The position numbers and the translations under genes are program-made. The notes under the pieces were generated by a model, which saw nothing but the letters and a program-made list of their open reading frames with translations, was not told the origin of the DNA and made no database searches. Below, one piece after another: positions 8,812-15,057 of a stretch of DNA of 15,057 bases. Numbering within the stretch: the stretch's first letter is position 1; every line of letters begins with the position of its first letter. This DNA is from an uncultured archaeon (GTDB taxonomy: Archaea; Asgardarchaeota; Hermodarchaeia; Hermodarchaeales; Hermodarchaeaceae), in contig CAYFXC010000030.1 of the NCBI GenBank assembly GCA_964347045.1, forward strand, positions 930 to 15,986, read 5' to 3'.

Positions 8812-8905
8812 GAAAAGAAGGTATACATGGAGCAGGGTGCTGGCGTGATCCTTCGCTGTGTCTAAAATCCTTGGATTTCTGGGAGGTTCCTGCTCCCATT
8901 CTTTT
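8812..8905 (+). repeat. Repeat R6: actin 3' end ([17 protein letters not shown]) + hairpin
   Basis: TACATGGAGCAGGGTGCTGGCGTGATCCTTCGCTGTGTCTAA (TAA 8863-8865); GGGAG/CTCCC stem at 8881-8897. Confidence 0.9.
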
Positions 8906-8944
8906 GTTGGTGCTGAGTGTGGCTTGATTGAGGAAAGTTGGGTG

Positions 8945-9652
8945 TTAGAATTCGGTGATGGGTTTGAGGTATTGGGCCATGCCGAGGGTGAATTGGGCTT
9001 CTGCGGGTGACACTGCTCGTCCGTCAAAGTGTGTGCGTTCGACAAATTCGGCGAAGTGGGTTACCAGGTCTTCAGGGTCGTCGTAGGCGGCGATTTTGTC
9101 GAGGGTGTCTAGGCCGGCGTCGTAGAAGAGGCGGGCGCGTTTTTGTTTCAGTCCTGGGATGCGGGCTAGATTGCTGAGTTTTACTAGTTCTAGGATGGTT
9201 TCTTCTGGTAGGTTGGTTTCTTCGGAGAGTTTCTCTCGTTGGGCTTTGGTTGTGGTGCTGGCGAGGAGTTGGGCGGCGGTTCGAATATCATGGGCCGAGA
9301 GGGTTTTTGCGACTTGGGGATTGACGCCGGTGAAATCTTTGAGGTTCAGTGCCTCTAGCGAGATGATTCCTAAAATTTCGTTAGCGGCGTGATAGAGATC
9401 TTGGTCTGCTGTGAATCCGTAATAGGATTTTAGCGCGTAGAAGTAGCGGTTGATCCTTGGGCGTCGAAATTGCGGGTCCAGCCAGGTGAAAAATGCGTGG
9501 AGGTCCTCGGGTTGTTGGGTGTCAACACTGTGTTGACGATACTTTTGAAGATAGTCAAAATATTCTTTGGATAGTCGAATAAATTGAGTCATCGTATTGG
9601 CGGGGGTTTTTTGGTCCTGTAAATAAGTTCGAAACCCTTTTTCATCAAACAT
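8945..9652 (-). CDS. DUF4332-like (HhH) protein with N-terminal integrase SAM-like/core-binding-like helical domain
   Basis: C-terminal 'LKDFTGVNP..AKTL....IRTAAQLL.....REKLSEETNLPEETILELVKLSNLARIPGL..KRARLFYDAGLDTL' is typical of DUF4332. N-terminal 'FRTYL...NT...F..YL...EDL.AF...L....INRY..ALKSYY.F' resembles the tyrosine-recombinase N-terminal domain. Likely start ATG 9652 after GGAGTGA; the track start 9766 is inside R7. Confidence 0.75.
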   Translation of the reverse strand: MFDEKGFRTYLQDQKTPANTMTQFIRLSKEYFDYLQKYRQHSVDTQQPEDLHAFFTWLDPQFRRPRINRYFYALKSYYGFTADQDLYHAANEILGIISLEALNLKDFTGVNPQVAKTLSAHDIRTAAQLLASTTTKAQREKLSEETNLPEETILELVKLSNLARIPGLKQKRARLFYDAGLDTLDKIAAYDDPEDLVTHFAEFVERTHFDGRAVSPAEAQFTLGMAQYLKPITEF

Positions 9653-9743
9653 CGTGTTCACTCCACTTAGGAAACAAGCTGATATTCGTTTCTTATGTTT
9701 CTTGAGTATAAATTGTCGCGTTTTTGAACTTTCACTATCAAAT

Positions 9744-9850
9744 TGGGGTATGAAAAAACAATACATGGCGCAGGGTGCTGGCGTGATCTACCGCTGCTTC
9801 TAAACGGGTCTTCACATTTTGGGAGGCTTGCCTCCCTTTTTTTCTTTTTT
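9744..9850 (+). repeat. Repeat R7: actin 3' end (WGMKKQYMAQGAGVIYRCF*) + terminator
   Basis: TGG 9744 to TAA 9801-9803, same 57-nt spacing as actin; GGGAGGC-TT-GCCTCCC at 9821-9836 plus T-tract. Confidence 0.93.
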
Positions 9851-9942
9851 GGTGGTTTCTGGTTGAGTTGATCTAAGGTGTGGATTCCGAGGAGTATTTA
9901 CGTGATGGTGAGCATATAGGAGGGTGGTTGGGTGGTTTGGGA

Positions 9943-10992
9943 ATGCCAGTGGATCTTACAGACAAACGGATTATCATGTTGCTAATGGAGAATCCACGCA
10001 CATCCTATCGGGCCTTGGGACGAGCACTGGGATTATCGGTGACGGCCGTACGCAACCGGGTGTTGAAACTTGAAGCCAGCAACGTCATTCGCCAATATGT
10101 GCTCTATCCAAGCTATGCCATGCTGGGGGCGTCGTTATGTACAGCCATTCTGAGCATCGCCAACCCGCCTCCCAGTGACGAGTTCCGAGAGCGCCTTGGA
10201 GCTCATCCGATGATTGAATGGGTAGATTTCCTTGCTGATGGGAATGTGATGTGTTATGCCACCTATATTGGTTCCAAGGGATTAGACGAACTCACCTTAT
10301 TCTTGCACGAGCTGGAAGCGGTCAATGACATTGAATTTCATACCCTGCTGGTTGAAGAAGGCAAGAAATTAACTCTTACTTCGATGCATCTTCAGGTCTT
10401 GCGGTGCCTTCGAAAGGATGTTCGCATGCCCGTCAGCGAAATTGCCCAACTCACTCGACTCACTCAACGGCGCGTTCGAAAACTCTTAGCCGATCTGATA
10501 GGCACCACGGGATCTTTTAGCGGAGAATGGTTTCATGAAAAAGGATGCGGAGATTATCGCAGCGCCCAACAATGTTTTCATCCCCGTGTCAATTGTGATG
10601 TGGCCGAAGGTGGTTCGACACGGTTTCTCGCCCGGATTTCATTTCGTGGCGGCGCTGAACAGCGACGAAAGATTGTGGAGGTCTTAAAACGTGAATATCC
10701 TCTCGAATACTGGTTTAGTCGCGCGAGTGCTTCCGCTCCCGTTCTGTTTTCCATGTTCTTTGTAGATGTCGCTAATTACTCGCCACAAATCATCCAGCGC
10801 ATCAAAGAGCTGGATGGCGTTGAGTCCGTGCGGCCCATTGTCAATTATGCTCACCACTACTACCCGGGCTTAATTGACCGGTTCTGGGAGCAATTATTCA
10901 GCCAATCTAACCCTCATGCCAAAACACAGTGTGGTTGGATTCAGTTCGAATGTGCACACCGTTTCGAAGACACAGGGAGGTTCCGAAGTTGA
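9943..10992 (+). CDS. Tandem Lrp/AsnC-family transcriptional regulator
   Basis: 'VDLTDKRIIMLLMENPRTSYRALGRALGLSVTAVRNRVLKL' and a second HTH 'LQVLRCLRKDVRMPVSEIAQLTRLTQRRVRKLL'. Start taken at ATG 9943 by alignment with the paralogues (track start 9880). Confidence 0.88.
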   Translation: MPVDLTDKRIIMLLMENPRTSYRALGRALGLSVTAVRNRVLKLEASNVIRQYVLYPSYAMLGASLCTAILSIANPPPSDEFRERLGAHPMIEWVDFLADGNVMCYATYIGSKGLDELTLFLHELEAVNDIEFHTLLVEEGKKLTLTSMHLQVLRCLRKDVRMPVSEIAQLTRLTQRRVRKLLADLIGTTGSFSGEWFHEKGCGDYRSAQQCFHPRVNCDVAEGGSTRFLARISFRGGAEQRRKIVEVLKREYPLEYWFSRASASAPVLFSMFFVDVANYSPQIIQRIKELDGVESVRPIVNYAHHYYPGLIDRFWEQLFSQSNPHAKTQCGWIQFECAHRFEDTGRFRS

Positions 10993-11135
10993 CATTCTGT
11001 AACCTCGTCTTATAAAGCAAGGTACTTTTGTAAATCTGTGACTTCACGTGGGCTAATATGTTACCGTCTGCCCTCTTGCAGCTGGTGGGGGTTGTCTTCA
11101 CAATTGGAGGGATACCCCCTTGGAGGAACTCGAAA

Positions 11136-11957
11136 ATGGTTTCTATGAAAACGAAATGGACAATTTCATTGTCCACAATTGTAGCCCTGAGCCTGCTATT
11201 TTTAGGCCTGTGTTGGGGGTTCCCCTCAGCTGGGGCAATGCAAACGCCTGTCTGGTCGGATAACTTCAATGACGGCAACCTCGATGGATGGACCGTCTTT
11301 GAAGGGTCCTTCTCGGCAACTACTCTTCGAATGGAATCTGGTACAGATCTCTGGAATTTCGCATCCCATCCAAGTACGGTGACGACAGGTGAATGGCGAT
11401 TTACAGTCTGCGTTGATGCAATTGCGGGTCCCGCTGTGGCTTTTATGGCCACAACTACCTCTGGAGTCGGTCTTGCCTGTCCAAGTACTTGCTACCTCAT
11501 TTTCCTTAGTCCTCATGGTGGCTGGATTCGTTTGTATAAACTTGAATCTGGAAGCCAGAGTATCTTGGGGGGATATGATATCGATATTGTCTTGGGTACT
11601 GTCTTTGAGGTCATTGTGACACGGGATTCCAATGGACAGTTTAATGTGTGGATCGATGGCACCCATCGGATTTCAGCTGTATCAACCAACATCGAAAGTT
11701 CATCTTATTTTGTCGTTAGGTTCCATGAAGGAGGATACATCGACAACATCCGGGTCTATGACGAAATACTAACCACTACGGGTACTGAAACAGAAACTAC
11801 CACGGACACCACAACCACAGAAGACGGAACATTCACGGGATGGCAGCTTCCGCCACTGCCCGTTGAAGCGATTGGCATAGGCATTGGTGTCGTAGCCATC
11901 ATCATCCTCATCGTTGGGTTGGTTCTGCTTCTCCGACCCAAGAAAATAGAATCGTAA
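11136..11957 (+). CDS. Cell-surface protein: signal peptide, beta-sandwich (ConA/LamG-like) domain, Thr-rich linker, C-terminal TM anchor
   Basis: Signal peptide KTKW+hydrophobic; 'VWSDNFNDGNLDGW...GEWRF...VIVTRDSNGQFNVWIDG...IDNIRVYD'; TTTGTETETTTDTTTTE; TM followed by RPKK. GGAGG at 11122 precedes ATG 11136; TTATAAAG at 11010. Confidence 0.8.
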   Translation: MVSMKTKWTISLSTIVALSLLFLGLCWGFPSAGAMQTPVWSDNFNDGNLDGWTVFEGSFSATTLRMESGTDLWNFASHPSTVTTGEWRFTVCVDAIAGPAVAFMATTTSGVGLACPSTCYLIFLSPHGGWIRLYKLESGSQSILGGYDIDIVLGTVFEVIVTRDSNGQFNVWIDGTHRISAVSTNIESSSYFVVRFHEGGYIDNIRVYDEILTTTGTETETTTDTTTTEDGTFTGWQLPPLPVEAIGIGIGVVAIIILIVGLVLLLRPKKIES

Positions 11958-11985
11958 GGCTATCAGACAGCATGGAGTCTTATCT

Positions 11986-12053
11986 GGGGAGGCCTGGTCT
12001 CTTATCCATCCGTTGTCAGGGGAAGCTTGGCCTCCCCTTCGCCCCATTTTTTT
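11986..12053 (+). repeat. Repeat remnant R8: two eroded copies of the terminator hairpin
   Basis: GGGGAGGCCTGGTCTC (11986-12001, matches R5) and GGGGAAGCTTGGCCTCCCC (12019-12037) followed by TTTTTT. Confidence 0.6.
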
Positions 12054-12102
12054 GGCTAGCAGAAAATGTGAATGTAGACAAATGAGGGAAGGACTTGAAG
12101 AA

Positions 12103-12531
12103 ATGAAGTATTCAGACTTTGTACAAGCATACAAGGACATTCGAACCAAAGTACAGGCTTCATCTGTTGAGGCTGAGGACGAAGGGTTAGTCCTGATCCA
12201 TGAAACAGAGTGGGCTCAAGTACTTCTGGTTCATACCCCACAGAAGGCCGATACTATCAAGCTTATCGTCGAAGTGTCCTTGCCAAGTTGGGTTCATGAG
12301 TTGAGTTTGCCGGGAACTGCCAGCGAACAGTCCTCAGAGTATACACCACAATTGCAGAAGGTGTTAAAGGAGCAAGTGCGTCATCTCGAATACCTCCTCA
12401 CGTTAAGTCATGCAGGATTTCAACTAGCGATAATCGCGGAAGAAGGGTTCTGGAGTGCGTCGACACTCTTACAAGACGCTCCATCTAGGGATCTATTCCT
12501 TCTCCTCGCTCCTCCGGAAGTCACCCTCTAG
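12103..12531 (+). CDS. Hypothetical protein
   Basis: Open frame with protein-like composition. ATG 12103 or 12082 preferred over the track start 12013, which lies in the repeat remnant. Confidence 0.7.
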   Translation: MKYSDFVQAYKDIRTKVQASSVEAEDEGLVLIHETEWAQVLLVHTPQKADTIKLIVEVSLPSWVHELSLPGTASEQSSEYTPQLQKVLKEQVRHLEYLLTLSHAGFQLAIIAEEGFWSASTLLQDAPSRDLFLLLAPPEVTL

Positions 12532-12564
12532 CTTTCATTCTTTTTAGTTGAGCAAAACTAGGTA

Positions 12565-12672
12565 TGGGTGACAAAGAAAGAATACATGGAGCAGGGTGCT
12601 GGCGTGATCCATCGCTGCTTCTAAGCGGCCTTCACCTATTGGGAGGCGTGCCTCCCTTTTTTTCATTTTTTT
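12565..12672 (+). repeat. Repeat R9: intact actin 3' end ([19 protein letters not shown]) + terminator
   Basis: 19/19 aa identical with TAA at 12622-12624; GGGAGGC-GT-GCCTCCC at 12641-12656 plus T-tract. Confidence 0.96.
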
Positions 12673-12731
12673 GTGTTGATTGAGTGATTTTGATGGGGTT
12701 TGCCCGTGGGGTATTTACGGGTGGGTGATTA

Positions 12732-13727
12732 TTGGTAGGGGTGGAGGGTGTTGTTGTGACAGTGGATGATGTTGATCGACGGTTGGGTTTGGAGTTGATG
12801 GGGAATGCACGGTTGTCGTATACGGTGTTGGCGCGGGATTTGGGGTTGTCGGTGAATGCGGTGAAGAAGCGGGTGGCAAAGCTCATGGAGCGTGGGATTT
12901 TGGAGGAGTTTGGGGTGTACGTTAATCCGGAGTTGTGTTATGAGGGAGTGCAAATCAATGAGGTGTTTGGGTGGGTAGCGACGGACGGGGCCGAAGAGGA
13001 GGAAACGTTCATTCATCAGGTTGGTGGGTTTCCGTCAATTCATTCTGTCTCAAAGACTACCCGCGATACCTACATGTTTAATGCAATGGTTCCGGGCTTT
13101 GAGGGGATTTCTAGCATGGGTCGATTTCTTGAAAAACTTCCGGGTGTGACTCACCTTGAAATGGATCCAGTGTTGTATTTGGGGTGGCCCCCTGGGGTGG
13201 TGGGTCGGAAGTTTTCCACTCCACGTAGAGTATACGATTATACTTTTTCGAAGCCTGATTTGTTGGTTTTGCGATGTTTGAAGGAGGATCCGAGGATGTC
13301 GATTTCAAGGATTGCTAAACAGACGGGATTAACACCACGGCGTGTTCGGAAAATTCTTGACATGTTTCATGAAACCAGGGTCGTGGTGGTGTACGCGGAT
13401 ATTAATGTCGAGGCGGCTGGGTTTATGAGGGCTGTCCTGCGTGTGAAAATAGATTTGGCTGTTCAAAGTCCTAAGGCGTTCCGGAATTGGGCATATCAGC
13501 TACATCCGTTTGGATGGCTGGGCACCTATTCGTGTGTTAACCGTCCTTCAACGCTTCTTCACTATATAGGAGCAGAAAATATAATCAGTATTGAAGAATT
13601 GGCGAAAACGGTTAAGGCTTCTCCCGCTGTACAGGCTGTTGAAACCATTATACTCTACCGTGAACACATATTTCATGGGAAATGGCACCAACGCGTTGAT
13701 GAACTGCTCAGAGACGCTGGGCTTTAA
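12732..13727 (+). CDS. Tandem Lrp/AsnC-family transcriptional regulator (closest paralogue of 7793-8791)
   Basis: 'VDDVDRRLGLELMGNARLSYTVLARDLGLSVNAVKKRVAKL' and a second HTH 'LLVLRCLKEDPRMSISRIAKQTGLTPRRVRKIL'; ends LLRDAGL* versus LLKEAGL*. True start probably a GTG some codons downstream. Confidence 0.88.
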   Translation: MVGVEGVVVTVDDVDRRLGLELMGNARLSYTVLARDLGLSVNAVKKRVAKLMERGILEEFGVYVNPELCYEGVQINEVFGWVATDGAEEEETFIHQVGGFPSIHSVSKTTRDTYMFNAMVPGFEGISSMGRFLEKLPGVTHLEMDPVLYLGWPPGVVGRKFSTPRRVYDYTFSKPDLLVLRCLKEDPRMSISRIAKQTGLTPRRVRKILDMFHETRVVVVYADINVEAAGFMRAVLRVKIDLAVQSPKAFRNWAYQLHPFGWLGTYSCVNRPSTLLHYIGAENIISIEELAKTVKASPAVQAVETIILYREHIFHGKWHQRVDELLRDAGL

Positions 13728-13752
13728 CTTTCAGAAATTGTCGATTCGTACT

Positions 13753-13832
13753 CAGGGTACGAGCGTTATTCACCGGTGCTTCTAAAATGGCTGTTTCCCT
13801 TTGGGAGGCTTGCCTCCCTTCTCTCTTTTTTT
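13753..13832 (+). repeat. Repeat R10: 5'-truncated actin 3' end (QGTSVIHRCF*) + terminator
   Basis: CAGGGTACGAGCGTTATTCACCGGTGCTTCTAA (TAA 13783-13785); GGGAGGC-TT-GCCTCCC at 13803-13818 plus T-tract. Confidence 0.9.
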
Positions 13833-13960
13833 CAGGGGATTTTTGTTGTGCGGTTTGGTGTGTTCGCTTTGTGGGTTCAGTATGTATTTTTATAAGCGTA
13901 CATACAACTATGGGTGGTCGTTGAAGAATCTGCGATCGAATTTGGAGGGATTTACTTAGA

Positions 13961-14572
13961 ATGGCTTCAACTAAGTTGTTAGGCAAAACTATAGTGGTTT
14001 CGTTGGCATTGGTTTGTGTGCTTACGATTGCGATGATGCCGGTGGCTTCAGCCAGTTATGGTGATACACGGCGATTTCTTCGCCCGAGCCCCTTTGGTGT
14101 GGGACAAGCGAAACTCTTTGACGTATACATGGACGCGGCTTGGAATCCACCTGGTCGCATTGTTAGCTTGTTTACTGTTGGTATACCTTGGGGACAAAAT
14201 TGGCTAAACGTGTTGGATTCAAATGAGGCTCTTATGATTGCGCCTGTTGGAATCTTCGTTGAACCACCGGATTATACTGACACAAAATCCGCAAGAGAGT
14301 TTTACAGTAATTTCAGGTATGTCGTCACGATTGATGGGGAAGAACTTCCCACCGAAATAACGCCCCTGCGCCCATGCACTTTCGTGGATCGTGAAACCGG
14401 CGAAAAATATCGCTGGTGGGAATGGCGCTGTGGTGCCACCTTTAAAGCCGGTGAATTCGAAGAATACCTTGGTGGACTTGGAATATACACGATTCGCTTC
14501 CGATGGTTCCTAGGCGAGGAGTGTCTTTTCGATAGTGATTGGTTTGGCGTCTATCAGTTCCAACTAGTATGA
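13961..14572 (+). CDS. Secreted hypothetical protein
   Basis: Signal peptide (K..K + hydrophobic + ASA). TATA-like TTTATAAG at 13889 and GGAGGGA at 13944 upstream. Confidence 0.8.
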   Translation: MASTKLLGKTIVVSLALVCVLTIAMMPVASASYGDTRRFLRPSPFGVGQAKLFDVYMDAAWNPPGRIVSLFTVGIPWGQNWLNVLDSNEALMIAPVGIFVEPPDYTDTKSAREFYSNFRYVVTIDGEELPTEITPLRPCTFVDRETGEKYRWWEWRCGATFKAGEFEEYLGGLGIYTIRFRWFLGEECLFDSDWFGVYQFQLV

Positions 14573-14575
14573 AAT

Positions 14576-14632
14576 CTGTGAAATTCATCGAACCAAATGG
14601 GAGGCTTGTCCTCCCCTTTCTCTCTTTTTTTT
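14576..14632 (+). repeat. Repeat R11: terminator plus trace of actin codons
   Basis: GTGAAATTCATCG (compare actin GTGTTATTCATCG); GGGAGG-CTTGT-CCTCCC at 14599-14615, then CTTTCTCTCTTTTTTTT as in R3. Confidence 0.8.
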
Positions 14633-14826
14633 GGCTTCTCTAATATTTTGTAATCTCTCTATTTGAAGCTGTACCCGAAATCGTATTGAAGTCGTGGATG
14701 TATAAGATATGGGAATGCATGGTTGTAACTTGGTTGCGGGTGCTTCTTGTGCTGAAAAATCATCTGCTCGATAAATTTCCCCTTTCTAAACAGATACACA
14801 AGTTCCCCAAGCAAGATGCAGTTGGT

Positions 14827-15057
14827 ATGAAACTAGGCGTAGATGCGGACGTATTTAATTTGGAAATTACTCGTCAACTCAGAAATAATTGCAGAGTGAC
14901 CTATCGTGAATTGGCACGCCAAACCGGACTTTCTACAAAAGCTGTCCAGAAACGTGTGAAAAAACTCATTGATACTCAAAGAATCGGTGAAATTAGGATT
15001 GAATTAAGCCACGCTATGCTTAACTCGGAGATGGTCTGGGCTGAGATTTGGACAGAT
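14827..15057 (+). CDS. Lrp/AsnC-family regulator, N-terminal part (runs off window; not in ORF track)
   Basis: Manual translation: MKLGVDADVFNLEITRQLRNNCRVTYRELARQTGLSTKAVQKRVKKLIDTQRIGEIRIELSHAMLNSEMVWAEIWTD. Confidence 0.85.
   Translation, partial: MKLGVDADVFNLEITRQLRNNCRVTYRELARQTGLSTKAVQKRVKKLIDTQRIGEIRIELSHAMLNSEMVWAEIWTD

Noticed and set aside
8945-9766. Calling this ORF an integrase
   Set aside because: No tyrosine-recombinase catalytic residues or domain seen; the C-terminal half is DUF4332-like.
3060-14632. CRISPR array interpretation of the repeats
   Set aside because: Units are ~110 bp, degenerate and derived from actin codons. The 'spacers' are whole genes of 0.5-2 kb, and no cas genes are seen.
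3060-14632. Assembly artefact producing repeated actin ends
   Set aside because: Copies are all different from each other, with silent-site-biased divergence and subfamily structure, which collapsed or duplicated reads would not produce.
3060-14632. Diversity-generating retroelement template/variable repeat pair
   Set aside because: Differences are not adenine-specific, they are synonymous, and no reverse transcriptase is present in the window.

Overview
Asgard-archaeal genomic window (Thorarchaeia-like cargo families; exact lineage not determinable from sequence alone). It holds a bona fide actin gene (1974-3119, ending ...[19 protein letters not shown]), preceded by a divergent wHTH-CARF regulator and the 3' part of a membrane protein with a longin-like domain. 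The main signal lies downstream of actin. The last ~19 actin codons plus the GGGAGG-loop-CCTCCC-polyT terminator recur as direct repeats, about 11 copies from full-length to hairpin-only, roughly every 0.6-2.2 kb. Each interval holds one or two unrelated cargo genes: a LAGLIDADG-like endonuclease, an LRR protein, a membrane glycoprotein, an alpha/beta hydrolase, four tandem Lrp/AsnC paralogues, a DUF4332-like protein and secreted proteins. The best-preserved copies differ from the actin gene only at synonymous sites. This suggests an actin-anchored, integron-like cassette array built by repeated 3'-end replacement, possibly driven by the adjacent free-standing LAGLIDADG-like nuclease (inference). 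Strand composition also flips from C/A-rich to G/T-rich at the repeats.
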